Of a stretch of DNA of 64,000 nt, positions 19,863 through 30,439 are shown in pieces. Both the position numbers and the translations under genes were made by a program. The stretch covers positions 192,001 to 256,000 of the forward strand of contig JBHLOC010000002.1 in NCBI GenBank assembly GCA_048940925.1. Reading direction: 5' to 3'. How positions within the stretch are numbered: position 1 is the stretch's first letter; every line of letters starts with the position of its first letter. The DNA is from Promethearchaeota archaeon. Lineage in GTDB: Archaea; Asgardarchaeota; Lokiarchaeia; Sigyniarchaeales; SOKP01. Under the pieces are notes generated by a model that made no database searches, was not told where the DNA came from, and worked only from the letters and a program-made list of their open reading frames with translations.

Positions 19863-21067
19863 ATGAAAATGTAACTTACCATTCACTTTATCATCAAAAA
19901 TTACTAAATTCTGTTAATTTTAATTTATTCAAGATTGAACCTGAGGCGATTGAGATTAATAAGCAATTTAAATTACCGGAGGAATGGTATTCTGCCTATT
20001 TAGGACCAGCTACTGCTGAATTTCATGGATTAACTCATAAATCTCAACCAGCACTTAGAGACGAAAATAGAAATGCAATTATCCCAGAATATTTTATTGA
20101 GATTGGAGGAAAAATTATCTATTTATCAGTGAAAGGGTGTGGAGCTTATGAGGATATGTTTTTTGGAGGAAAATTAAACCAGAGCAAAATAAAAAATGCA
20201 TGTCGAGATTCAAAACATCTAGCTAAAATTGAGACATTATCTACGAGTCTAGGTTTCATAATGGGAGAGTCTTGGATGGGTGAAAGTCCATATGGTGCCC
20301 AAGGTTTTATAAACGGATATGATGAGCTTAAATTTTCTAGAATTGCCGAATTGGATAATATTAACGGAGCTTATATATGCCCCTCAATAGCAGTTATTAA
20401 GCTACCAAAAGAAATTGAAAAAGTGGCTAGAAAATTCTTTTGGTTTAGAACATATAAAGATCATTTTTATCAAGTTCTGCGCCTAGTTCCATCAAATATA
20501 CGTTTGTATTTTGAATCATCTCACAATATTGCTAATCCAAGTCCAGTTTTTCAGTTATTCGAGATTGACACTATAGAAAGAGCAGAAAATTTTGAATTGA
20601 ATTTTATAAAAAGTGGAATCGCACTTTTAACACTTTATACACGATCAGCAATAATAGAAGGAAATGAAATTAAGGGTATTTATTATCAAGATGTATGGTT
20701 AGATAAAGACTGTGTAGTAGCACCGAATGGAATAATTCATTTTGCAGATATTGAAGGATTTATTTGGAAAAAAGTGACTATTGATGAATATAAAGAGATT
20801 CAGAAAAAAGAATGGCAGAAATTAGTATATGAGTTTCTATATGCATTGGTTCAAATCGATTCTTATCGCCATTCATTGGACGAACGTCAAATTTCTTGGG
20901 AACGACAAAGAGAAGAACTAGAAATCCTTATTTATGAAGCTTTAAATAAAGATTTTTTTACTAATGTAGAAAATATTAATGGAAATTTAACTATCATAAT
21001 AGAGGGCAAAGATTTACCCTCCATTGAAATGCCAATACTAGAAAAGGTGATCAAGTTTGATATGTGA
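19859..21067 (+). CDS. SelO/YdiU-like kinase-fold protein, probable CTG start
   Basis: Frame open from 19847; GGTGA then CTG overlapping the upstream TGA; motifs DENRNA, LSVKGCG, RLVPSNIR, ADIEG. Confidence 0.6.
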   Translation: MNENVTYHSLYHQKLLNSVNFNLFKIEPEAIEINKQFKLPEEWYSAYLGPATAEFHGLTHKSQPALRDENRNAIIPEYFIEIGGKIIYLSVKGCGAYEDMFFGGKLNQSKIKNACRDSKHLAKIETLSTSLGFIMGESWMGESPYGAQGFINGYDELKFSRIAELDNINGAYICPSIAVIKLPKEIEKVARKFFWFRTYKDHFYQVLRLVPSNIRLYFESSHNIANPSPVFQLFEIDTIERAENFELNFIKSGIALLTLYTRSAIIEGNEIKGIYYQDVWLDKDCVVAPNGIIHFADIEGFIWKKVTIDEYKEIQKKEWQKLVYEFLYALVQIDSYRHSLDERQISWERQREELEILIYEALNKDFFTNVENINGNLTIIIEGKDLPSIEMPILEKVIKFDM

Positions 21068-22568
21068 GAGAGCTTTAGAGATATTAAGTTCTATAAAAGA
21101 TAAACATAATCTTATGACTTCATTTGAAGAGATTTCTGAATTAAAAGAAAACAATTTGATTTCAGAATTCAAAGCTAATATCCCCAAGACGTCAAGAGAT
21201 TATGACTTAACTAGTCTAAAAAGAAAGTATGTGAAGTTATCTAATGATATAAGACAAGCTTATCAAAATTTAGTAACATTAGAGGGTGATTTTAATCATG
21301 TATCAACGTTGTCCCGCTTTTTTTCTTATCTAAAAATGGGAAGAGGAGCAACACTAAAAAAAGATATATCTGATTTACATCAATTCATCGAAAATAAAGA
21401 AGCTGATCTGAAAAAATTGAAAAATGAACTGTTAAAACTTAATAGAGAAATTGAATCTCATGAAAGAGCAGTTAAGGTAAATGGTATTAGAGTTTTTCTT
21501 ACCCCCATAGGTGAGACAATTATTGATGAAATAAAAGCTCGAAGGAGATTCTATACTCGAGAATTAAAAGAGCTAATTATTGTATTAAAGAATTTAGATG
21601 ATACATTCACCATGCTTATCGACAATATTGGTACTATTATGAGAACAAATAATTTCTCACCCATATGGGCGTTATATCTTCTTAATACAAATATGCTAAA
21701 TCTATCTAAAATTCTGAATATAATTACGCTACGTGAACGTAATTATAATAACGCACAAAAAAGAATGATGAATTTATCATTTTTTCTCATGAATCATCCA
21801 GAAATAATGATTCCAAGGAATAATCGTGAAGCAAAGATTACTGAGAATGAATTTAAATATACGTATCCCGAAAACGAATATAAAAGAATGTTTCATGAAA
21901 TCCTTAATAATGCAAATATATCAACTTATAAAATAAGAACAGCTATCTCGTTATTGGGTAAATTTTTCACAATATGGGGTTCAAAAAATGAGGTAAATAG
22001 AAATATTATTAAGCAATATTATGAAAATCTTAGAATCTTCATAGATTTTCAAAGAGATTTACCAATGATCGGAAAGAAGACAATTCTTTATCAGCATTTA
22101 AAGCAAAATATTGATGAGGAAATGATATTTGTCTTGTTAATTTTAGCTTTTTCCACTAAATTGGATTCTTATAATTATTTCTACGAAATTATTGAAGATA
22201 TACCTGAAGGTACGAAATTTTTTTCAGCAATCTCCTCATTATTCCCATGGGACCCTGAAGAGACATGGAGAGTATTATTGCGCGCACAATCAAACATACT
22301 AAAAGCTCAAAGTGCAAAATTTATTCCAGAATTAATGGAATATGCTATTCTAATGTGTTTAAATCCCAATGTATTATTAATAGAAAATAATATCTCACAA
22401 GAGCAACTGGCTAAATGGAAATTTTTAATAAATCCTGTTATACATCTTAGCATATACTCTTTCTTCGAACAAGATTTAGAAACTTACATAAGGAGAAGAC
22501 CTTTAGCATATATTATAGCACCAATGTATTATCATCATTCTATGCTTCATTACCACTCTATAGGTTAA
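21057..22568 (+). CDS. Hypothetical protein with N-terminal coiled coil and His-rich C-terminus
   Basis: TTG start behind GGTGA, overlaps previous gene; heptad-rich aa 50-140; ends YYHHSMLHYHSIG. Confidence 0.7.
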   Translation: MICERALEILSSIKDKHNLMTSFEEISELKENNLISEFKANIPKTSRDYDLTSLKRKYVKLSNDIRQAYQNLVTLEGDFNHVSTLSRFFSYLKMGRGATLKKDISDLHQFIENKEADLKKLKNELLKLNREIESHERAVKVNGIRVFLTPIGETIIDEIKARRRFYTRELKELIIVLKNLDDTFTMLIDNIGTIMRTNNFSPIWALYLLNTNMLNLSKILNIITLRERNYNNAQKRMMNLSFFLMNHPEIMIPRNNREAKITENEFKYTYPENEYKRMFHEILNNANISTYKIRTAISLLGKFFTIWGSKNEVNRNIIKQYYENLRIFIDFQRDLPMIGKKTILYQHLKQNIDEEMIFVLLILAFSTKLDSYNYFYEIIEDIPEGTKFFSAISSLFPWDPEETWRVLLRAQSNILKAQSAKFIPELMEYAILMCLNPNVLLIENNISQEQLAKWKFLINPVIHLSIYSFFEQDLETYIRRRPLAYIIAPMYYHHSMLHYHSIG

Positions 22569-22665
22569 AATTAAAGTAAGATTGACACTTTTTTTCTCTT
22601 GATTATTATTTGATTTTGTATAGTTAAAAATGATTAGTTTGAATAGAAATTTCTTATTTTATATT

Positions 22666-24336
22666 CTATTCAATCAACCTTAAATAGTCACTATTAATTG
22701 AAGTAGCTAAGGAATCATAGAAAAAAGAATAATATTTTTGATAGAAATCTTTCTTTTGTTTCAAAATGATTGAGCTCTCATCTTTTTCTATGATACCCTT
22801 TGTCCAAAGAATCTTACCTTGATGTGACAAATCTAACCTATCTCGATTTTTTATAATTTCACCAGATTTTATAACATATTCAATATCTTTTAATGAATTT
22901 TTTATTACTTCATACTGTTTAGCTGTATCGATATTATTAAGATCGATATCTAAAATATTGATATCAGCATCAGCACCAATACCCAAATTTCCTTTTATAT
23001 TTCCTAAACCAAGAGATTTAGCTGGACTAGCTCGACTTAAAATAATAAATTCGTAAAACGATAAAATATTATTTGATTCTGATAAAAACTCTTTGAATTT
23101 AAAACTTCTCGTCATGTCTTTCATAAATTTTATTCTAGCATCACTACTTAACAACCATGTAGCAACTTCCGCAATATCATTTATATTCCCATAATTTGGA
23201 TAGTTAAGAGATAGTTGAACTTTCCACTTATCTTTAATATTTAGAGCAAGACCTATTCCATTTGCCCACATTAAGCAATGATTTTCATTATTCTTATCAA
23301 AATTCCTAAATTTTACAAATGAATCCCCTTCAAATTCTACAGCAGATCTAATTAGTATATTATGTTCGTTTTCAAATTTTAATTCTTTTGCAATTAACTT
23401 TCTATCAGACGTGATCAAGGGATTAATTTTATTAAATGTAAGAAATCCAATATCTAGGTCTATTTTATTGGATTGATTGATAATATTAATTAGTTCAGCA
23501 TTATCCTCCTCGATAATATATGCAGAAGCATGAGCAAGATGAAAAATTTGGGATCTTGGATTTTTAGATTTTTCCTTTAATTGGGGAACTTTGTCTAAAG
23601 AATTTATTTTGTCTAGTATAAGGGAATAATTACCTTTTGCATACTCGGTCTCATAACCTTCAATATGAGCATGAATTGAATGCGGTAATCCCATATGTTC
23701 ATTAGCTTTTGCTAAGTTTTCATAAACATCTAGAGCTGAGAAATTGTAGAGTCGACCTGAGGCTTTGAGATCATTTCTTATCTCTTTAAAGTTCCAATCT
23801 TCAGACTCAAAAGGATTATAGACTTTAAGACCAAAAGCTTTAGTTTTTTGCATTAAATCAGATAAAAATATACTTAACTCATCTATTTTCCCTCTCTGAA
23901 ACTCTAATTCTAAAGCCCAAAAATTACTGACATTTAATAACATCCCCTTATCAAGAACAGGTAAATGGGTAAAGTCAAATAATGTTTGTTTTGATAAGGA
24001 GGGGAAAACATTCGCTTCAAGAATAAAAGTGTAACCATTATTTATATAATCCCGAGCTATTTTTTCAAGTGTTAGACCCTGCCATATTTTTTTAAATAAG
24101 GAATTTTTTGTTCCGATTAGTCTAACCCAATTTACTTGTTGAGATGCAATATGAGTATGAATATCCAATGCACCAGGAATAACTGTTTTACCTTGAGCAT
24201 CTATTTCTTTTACATCACTTGGATTAGAAAATTTTTCGACAATAAATTCGCCCTCAATTAGTATATCCTTCTTTTCACCCTCAATATTGTTAAGAGGATC
24301 AAATACCAATCCATTCTTAATAATTAATTTAGACAT
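22666..24336 (-). CDS. fwdA: Formylmethanofuran dehydrogenase subunit A-like amidohydrolase (divergent)
   Basis: IIKNGLVFDPLN, DIHTHIA, GLPHSIH, GNLGIGADADI; adjacent fwdD/B. Confidence 0.8.
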   Translation of the reverse strand: MSKLIIKNGLVFDPLNNIEGEKKDILIEGEFIVEKFSNPSDVKEIDAQGKTVIPGALDIHTHIASQQVNWVRLIGTKNSLFKKIWQGLTLEKIARDYINNGYTFILEANVFPSLSKQTLFDFTHLPVLDKGMLLNVSNFWALELEFQRGKIDELSIFLSDLMQKTKAFGLKVYNPFESEDWNFKEIRNDLKASGRLYNFSALDVYENLAKANEHMGLPHSIHAHIEGYETEYAKGNYSLILDKINSLDKVPQLKEKSKNPRSQIFHLAHASAYIIEEDNAELINIINQSNKIDLDIGFLTFNKINPLITSDRKLIAKELKFENEHNILIRSAVEFEGDSFVKFRNFDKNNENHCLMWANGIGLALNIKDKWKVQLSLNYPNYGNINDIAEVATWLLSSDARIKFMKDMTRSFKFKEFLSESNNILSFYEFIILSRASPAKSLGLGNIKGNLGIGADADINILDIDLNNIDTAKQYEVIKNSLKDIEYVIKSGEIIKNRDRLDLSHQGKILWTKGIIEKDESSIILKQKKDFYQKYYSFFYDSLATSINSDYLRLIE

Positions 24337-24353
24337 TTTTAAACTTAGTTTGT

Positions 24354-24728
24354 TTATGTTACCTTAATTGAACTTATAATATCTTCAAAACTTAATATCG
24401 GTTCTTGGGTTAATTCCACATTTACTTCAATATTTTTAAAAATTAATTCACCATTTTCAACACCTGTAATTTGATTAGACCAGATTGATACTGGCATTAT
24501 AATAATCCCATTTGGAACATCTTCTTTCTGTCTAACATTTACTGTAATCTGACCGAATTTACTACTCAATTTTACATTTGATTTCTCTGTTAATTTTAAT
24601 TTTTCCATATCTCTGGGATTAAATAAACCTATTGCCAAATTTTCTTTGAGGGAATCATTATCTCCAGCCATAAATTCCCTTAATTGATCATAATCAACCA
24701 TTCTTACAGTATTTACAATCATTTTCAT
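24354..24728 (-). CDS. fwdD: Formylmethanofuran dehydrogenase subunit D-like
   Basis: NPRDMEKL, SKFGQITV, VPNGIIIMP..IWSN; position between fwdB and fwdA. Confidence 0.8.
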   Translation of the reverse strand: MKMIVNTVRMVDYDQLREFMAGDNDSLKENLAIGLFNPRDMEKLKLTEKSNVKLSSKFGQITVNVRQKEDVPNGIIIMPVSIWSNQITGVENGELIFKNIEVNVELTQEPILSFEDIISSIKVT

Positions 24729-24743
24729 CTAAAACACTACTTT

Positions 24744-26042
24744 TTATGACTTTTTTATTTCTTCTAATAGTAAGGTCAATATCTCTTCATCAGTCTTAAC
24801 ATTACTTGGCGCATTTATAACTTTCTTTAATTCAATAGGGATATGATCTAATCTATAAGCTAATCCCGAACATTCTATACCTGTAATTGCCGATGGTAAT
24901 ATCACATCAGCTATTTGAGAGGTAGCAGATTTCTTATTATCTATCAAAATTAATGGTTTTGCAGCTAATTTTTTACTCAATTGGATTGGTAAATGCGAAA
25001 TTGGATCAGTCCCTACAATTAACGAACTATCAAAATCTTCATTCTTGACTTTTGCGATAACATTATCTGAGGTCTCTGAAAGTTTGTTGTTAATAAATTG
25101 TAAACTATTATTTTTCCCATAACTTGATAATGCGACATGTTCGAATCCTGCCATGTTATAATGCCCACCCAGCATAACGACTGAAATGCGACCTTTTTGT
25201 TGTTTTTCATTAATTATCTGAACCAGTTCTAATAATGCATGGATTACACTGGAACCTGATTGAGTTTTTAATATTCCTTGTCCTATAAAAATAACTCCAT
25301 ATTCTGATCCAGTTAGATGAAGTAATATCCTTTTTAAATCATTAGTATCTATACCTGCAACGCTATGTTCTGGAATACTTCCTTCAGTACAACATTCCTC
25401 CTTTAAAACTTTGATTAATTCAATATCTTTTCCTGGCTCAATATTTAAAGCAATATCTCTGACACCCATGACACCGAAAGAAGCTGTTTTCATTGGATCC
25501 AAAGCTATTAACGTTTTTATTTCTCTTCCTGTCATTCTAAACTTACCACGCGAAAATAGAACCTTATTTAGTAGACGTGGAATTGATTCAGCGACATTTG
25601 CACCCCACAAAATTAATAAATCTGCTTTATTTATGAGTTCAGTGATTGTTGTTAAAGTAATCCCTGTTTCTTTTGCAGTATCTAATACTTTTCCTTGACA
25701 TATAGTAGAATTTGAATCAATAAAGCCATTTATAAGCTTTGCCAATTTAATTCCTTCAAATTGTGCTTCACAACTACTCGTTGAGAATCCATATAATACT
25801 GGATTGGTTGATTGTTTAAGAATATCAACAGTTTTATCGATTGCCTCATCCCAAGAGCTTTTTTCTAATTTTCCATTTTTACGAACCATGGGTGATAATA
25901 TACGATTTTTTGCTGTAACTTGATCAAATCTTTCTTTTCCTTTTAAACATGCTCCTACAACCTCATCAATATATAGTCCATCGCTTCTTATAATTATATC
26001 ATCACATAATAAAGAACAACCTGAACAAGGTATTCTTTTCAT
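24744..26042 (-). CDS. fwdB: Formylmethanofuran dehydrogenase subunit B-like (divergent)
   Basis: CSGCSLLCDDI, ADLLILWGAN, GHYNMAG, GIECSGLAYRLD. Confidence 0.85.
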   Translation of the reverse strand: MKRIPCSGCSLLCDDIIIRSDGLYIDEVVGACLKGKERFDQVTAKNRILSPMVRKNGKLEKSSWDEAIDKTVDILKQSTNPVLYGFSTSSCEAQFEGIKLAKLINGFIDSNSTICQGKVLDTAKETGITLTTITELINKADLLILWGANVAESIPRLLNKVLFSRGKFRMTGREIKTLIALDPMKTASFGVMGVRDIALNIEPGKDIELIKVLKEECCTEGSIPEHSVAGIDTNDLKRILLHLTGSEYGVIFIGQGILKTQSGSSVIHALLELVQIINEKQQKGRISVVMLGGHYNMAGFEHVALSSYGKNNSLQFINNKLSETSDNVIAKVKNEDFDSSLIVGTDPISHLPIQLSKKLAAKPLILIDNKKSATSQIADVILPSAITGIECSGLAYRLDHIPIELKKVINAPSNVKTDEEILTLLLEEIKKS

Positions 26043-26082
26043 AGATTTTACCTCTTATTAAAAATTAAATAATTAAGATATT

Positions 26083-26568
26083 TTATACGTAATCAATTTT
26101 TACAGCTTCGCGAGGACAATAAGTTTCACATACACGACATTCTCTTTCTCTTCCCTCTGCTTCAATTCTCCTACAGTGCTCTAAATTTAACAATTCGCAT
26201 TTACCTGCTTTAATCTGAAATAATTGATGCTTTTCAGGAGGATAATCAGGTGCTTTTCCACTTAGAGTTGGAGGGCAATATCTAGCATTCACAGGACAAA
26301 CTGTGACACAAATTCCGCATCCATCGCATAAATCTGTATCTACATCAATTCTTAATTCTTTTTCTTTACCCTCCTCAGTGCCTAACATCTCCTTTAGGGT
26401 ATCATAATTCTTTTTATATTTCGGTTCTAAAAGAGGAGTACAATCATCAATTTTTACTTTACCTTGTAGTAAATCTAATGCGAATGCCATACATGTTGGC
26501 TTTCCACATTTTTTGCAATTAGTTTTTGGCAGAAATTTATAAAGTTCCATAAAGTTATTAACGGGAAT
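26083..26568 (-). CDS. Fe-S protein (LPKTNC..CG..TC domain plus 4Fe-4S ferredoxin domain; FwdG-like)
   Basis: CKKCGKPTCMAFA, CDGCGICVTVCP, CRVCETYCP; start is either ATG 26550 or ATT 26568. Confidence 0.8.
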   Translation of the reverse strand: MPVNNFMELYKFLPKTNCKKCGKPTCMAFALDLLQGKVKIDDCTPLLEPKYKKNYDTLKEMLGTEEGKEKELRIDVDTDLCDGCGICVTVCPVNARYCPPTLSGKAPDYPPEKHQLFQIKAGKCELLNLEHCRRIEAEGRERECRVCETYCPREAVKIDYV

Positions 26569-26804
26569 GTTGATAACACCTTAGAATTTAATTTTTCTTT
26601 CTCTTTTCAGTATTGAATAATATTAGGAAATTTATTAATTTCTTTAGTATATTTAAAAAAGAATTCTATTAATGAAAATTGTTTTATAACTGAAATTAAG
26701 GAAATATTCATAAAATATTAACATAAGAATTATTACAAATTAAAAGTATGATATACTAAATAGAACTATTGAAGTATCCTAAAAAACAAATGTGATTTGG
26801 AAAG

Positions 26805-27659
26805 ATGTCGGAAGAAAATATACCGGATATCAATTTAAAAGAAATGATGATTGACGAAAGAGAAAAGAATATTAAAATAAATATGGAACAAATAAAACAT
26901 AAAATAGTCATAATTTCAGGAAAAGGAGGAGTTGGAAAAACTACAGTAGCAGTTAATTTAGCTATGAGTCTAGCAAGTTTAGGCCTAAGAGTAGGAATTC
27001 TTGATGTTGATATCACAGGACCTAATGTAATAAAAATGTTAGGTGTTGATCCTGAGTTAAAACCAAAAGTTGATGCTGAAGCTAAGAGATTCTATCCTAT
27101 TGATGGTCCTTTCAGATTAAAAGTAATGAGTATGGCATTTTTAACTCTTTCATCAGATGATCCAGTGATTTGGCGAGGTCCTATGAAGATGAGTGCGGTA
27201 AGGCAATTTCTGGGAGATGCAGTATGGGGTGAACTTGATTATTTAATATGTGACCTACCCCCAGGAACGTCTGATGAAACCTTAGACATTTTACAACTTA
27301 TTCCTGATGAAAATGTTGTAGTTGTAACAACTCCACAAGAAGTAGCTTTAATGGATGCCCGGAAGACAATAAAAATGTCAATAGTAATGCAAAGGAATGT
27401 TCTTGGGATAATTGAAAATATGTCAGGTTTTAATTGTCCGCATTGTGGAGAATATATCGATTTATATCCTCCTGGTGGAGCAGAAAAAGCTGCAAATGAT
27501 TTTAATATTCATTTATTAGGTAAAATTCCTTTTGAAACTGAAGTAAGTCAGCAAGGGGACCAAGGGTTACCCTTTATTCTAAAATATCCTGAAAGTAAAT
27601 CTGCTAAAGCCTTTAAAGAAACAGTTAAGAAAATCAGAGAATTATTAGAAAAATCATAA
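26805..27659 (+). CDS. mrp: Mrp/NBP35 (ApbC) Fe-S cluster carrier ATPase
   Basis: SGKGGVGKTT, VIWRGPMK, DLPPGTSD, ENMS..CPHC. Confidence 0.93.
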   Translation: MSEENIPDINLKEMMIDEREKNIKINMEQIKHKIVIISGKGGVGKTTVAVNLAMSLASLGLRVGILDVDITGPNVIKMLGVDPELKPKVDAEAKRFYPIDGPFRLKVMSMAFLTLSSDDPVIWRGPMKMSAVRQFLGDAVWGELDYLICDLPPGTSDETLDILQLIPDENVVVVTTPQEVALMDARKTIKMSIVMQRNVLGIIENMSGFNCPHCGEYIDLYPPGGAEKAANDFNIHLLGKIPFETEVSQQGDQGLPFILKYPESKSAKAFKETVKKIRELLEKS

Positions 27660-28544
27660 TTAAAAATCCTTTATTTTCTTTTTAAAAATTAAATCACCAA
27701 TCTTAGCCTTAAAAATTCGTTCCATTAATGTACATTTAACTTTCAATAAATAATATACATCTTTATCTGGAATCTCCATTCCATACAGACATTCAAAATT
27801 TCCTTGTCCTTTGGATAATATTAATCCTCCTTTTCGATAAAAATGCCTTTTGAATTCTTTTGGAGATGTAGTCATGTCTACTCCTGGAATTGGACCTGAT
27901 TCTATAACTGGAACCAAGTCTGTTAAACCGATGTATTTTGCATCTTCTATTGTGGCATCATTTACAACGGGTTCTTCTCTAACTGAATAAATTATTTGCA
28001 ATTCTGGATAAATTCTTATAAGGGTTGTGATTAATACCTTATCAAATACAATTTCTCCGGAATTATCTCCTATTATTAAAAGATGATTTGTCTTTTCTAA
28101 GGATTCCTTGAAACTGATATAATCATTGATAACAAAATCTTCTTTTTTAAAGTTTTTAATATCAGAAATGAGATCTATTTTATGCTGGCTAGCAAAATCA
28201 ATGGTATTTCCAAGTGCTGCTACAAATATCGCCTCTAACAATGGATCATCTGAATTCTCAACAATACTTCTTATTTCATCGTAATATTCTAATGCGAGAT
28301 CATTGTATTTTTGTTTTAAAGCCTGATATGGATCTTGCTCTCCCACTACTTCTGCTACTATAGAATAGACAACTTTACCCAAAGCTGGTGCGGCTTTATT
28401 TGCTATATCTATATCCCTTAGGGTTTTTATGAACTTTTTTTGGGCTTCTAATACACTTTTACGGGAGATATTCGGTTTCAGCAATCTCAATCCATTTGAA
28501 ATCTGATTAAACAAGCATCCTACACATTCAGGTTCTAATTTCAT
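27660..28544 (-). CDS. ARMT1/DUF89 damage-control phosphatase
   Basis: ECVGCL, GNTIDF, DNSGEIVFD, PVVNDAT, SKGQGNFE. Confidence 0.88.
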   Translation of the reverse strand: MKLEPECVGCLFNQISNGLRLLKPNISRKSVLEAQKKFIKTLRDIDIANKAAPALGKVVYSIVAEVVGEQDPYQALKQKYNDLALEYYDEIRSIVENSDDPLLEAIFVAALGNTIDFASQHKIDLISDIKNFKKEDFVINDYISFKESLEKTNHLLIIGDNSGEIVFDKVLITTLIRIYPELQIIYSVREEPVVNDATIEDAKYIGLTDLVPVIESGPIPGVDMTTSPKEFKRHFYRKGGLILSKGQGNFECLYGMEIPDKDVYYLLKVKCTLMERIFKAKIGDLIFKKKIKDF

Positions 28545-28660
28545 ATTATCATAATATTATGTTTAATTTTAAAAAAAATAAAAAGAAATTAAAACTCTTT
28601 TAAAAAGATCTTAAATTGGAAAGAAATAAATAGAAAAAAAAATTCAATATTTTTTAGATT

Positions 28661-30001
28661 TTATAGTTCTGCTATTGCTTTTTGTTTTGCTAGCTTTTCC
28701 TCTTCAGTAAGCTCAATTTCCCCTCTTCGTACAAAAAACATAAATATGAAAGCTAAAATTAAGAATATGGCACCATCAAGAAGTAACGATGTTTTTCCAA
28801 AAAGATCTCTTAGTCCACCTACAGAAATAGGTCCAAGAATCATTGCTAAGACACTAAAAAAGTAATAAAGCCCTGTATATGTTCCAATTTTCTTTGTACT
28901 AGGTGCTAGTTCCCAAACTACCACAATAGTATTTACATTTACTAAAGCAAAACCTATTCCATATAACACCAAAATAATAGTTGTAACCAATAATGTTTGA
29001 ATAGCAAATCCTATTAATAATGCTATAAACATAACTGCTAAACCTATCTTTATACATTTTCTTCTGCCAATTTTTGATGCTAATAGTGATAACGGGAAAG
29101 CTGCTATAATAAATGGCACTGCAACAAAATTAAATAAAAAACCAGCAAAGCCAGCACTTACATTAAGTACTCCATTAGGGCCAGATCCAGCATAAATTGA
29201 AAATAAAGCTTCCAATCCATTATGGGTTAAAAATAATGCAAAAATAGTTAATAATATAAATAGAGTACTTTTATCTTCTTCTTTCATAATATCTCTAACA
29301 CTACTTATTAGACCAAGTTTTTCTTTCTTTGTTTCGCTTTCAATTCCTTTTGTTTCTGTTTTTAATAGTAGAATGTAACTATAGGCTTCATTTTCATCTA
29401 CTTTTAAAAAAAGTACTATTAAAGCAAGAATCATAATAATTGAAGCTATAATAAACGTAAACTGCAATCCAATATAATCCGACACTAAACTCATTGTATA
29501 AGCCACTATGGAACCAATTCCCCCCATTATATTTATTATAGCATTCGCTTTGCTTCTATGAACTGGTCTAATAAAATCAGGCATTAGTGATACAGCTTGA
29601 GATCGATAGAAACCCATACTTACGCTAAATAAGAACATCCATAAAATGAGAATAACTAAAGATGTACCAAATCCTGTGGGGATAAGAGCAAAGAATATTG
29701 CAGATGATATCACCCCCACTATAATGTACGGCATTCGACGACCATATCTCGTCCTTGTTTTATCAGATACAGATCCCATTATTGGTTGAATAATTACACC
29801 AACAATATTATCAATTGTCATTAAAGCGCCCACTATCAAACCTGCTATAGCAATTCCCGTAAAGTAAAGATCTAATTGTTGGTTGACTTGAGTATTATAT
29901 AGACTCCATGAGATTCCTGTTGTGAAAAAAGCTAATCCTATAAAGAAGGTTTTTTTTATATCAAGTTTTTCCTCAATTTCTCTTTCAGACATTTTTTTCA
30001 C
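28661..30001 (-). CDS. MFS sugar transporter (MalT/GPH-like)
   Basis: 12 TM; SDKTRTRYGRRMPYI, RSKANAIINIMG, GTYTGLYYFFS. Confidence 0.88.
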   Translation of the reverse strand: MKKMSEREIEEKLDIKKTFFIGLAFFTTGISWSLYNTQVNQQLDLYFTGIAIAGLIVGALMTIDNIVGVIIQPIMGSVSDKTRTRYGRRMPYIIVGVISSAIFFALIPTGFGTSLVILILWMFLFSVSMGFYRSQAVSLMPDFIRPVHRSKANAIINIMGGIGSIVAYTMSLVSDYIGLQFTFIIASIIMILALIVLFLKVDENEAYSYILLLKTETKGIESETKKEKLGLISSVRDIMKEEDKSTLFILLTIFALFLTHNGLEALFSIYAGSGPNGVLNVSAGFAGFLFNFVAVPFIIAAFPLSLLASKIGRRKCIKIGLAVMFIALLIGFAIQTLLVTTIILVLYGIGFALVNVNTIVVVWELAPSTKKIGTYTGLYYFFSVLAMILGPISVGGLRDLFGKTSLLLDGAIFLILAFIFMFFVRRGEIELTEEEKLAKQKAIAEL

Positions 30002-30147
30002 ATAAAAAGCAATTTTCTTTTAAGATTAAATTGAAATTTTAAAAATTATTTAGATGTTTTTATTTAAATAGATTTAGATGATAAAAAAATTAACGATGCA
30101 AATCGTAGAAATCTTCTTTTTGAAAAACTTAATAAATAGAAAAAAAA

Positions 30148-30339
30148 TTATAGATTAATTTCGATTTTTATAGTCTTAATGTTTTCAGGTACTTTTTTAG
30201 TAGAATTCAAATAACCTAAAATAATGTTCGCAAGCATCTCCTGCATAAAATCTTTTAATGGGATTTTTTGTTCGTTAACAATTAAAGTTGCATCAACCAT
30301 ATTTAACTCTAAATCGCTTAATTTTTTAAAATTTTTCAT
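30148..30339 (-). CDS. Small protein resembling the C-terminal extension domain of archaeal MobB
   Basis: VNEQKIPLKDFMQEMLANIILG pattern. Confidence 0.55.
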   Translation of the reverse strand: MKNFKKLSDLELNMVDATLIVNEQKIPLKDFMQEMLANIILGYLNSTKKVPENIKTIKIEINL

Positions 30340-30439
30340 AATAATTTGAAAATAACTAACTAAAAAGCAAATAATAATAAAGAAAGAGTATCAATCTATA
30401 ATCAATTTTTATTTACCATTTAAAATTTCATATAAAGAG

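Noticed and set aside
25698-25700. Selenocysteine in FwdB
   Set aside because: The metal-ligand position is TGT (Cys); the ORF is uninterrupted
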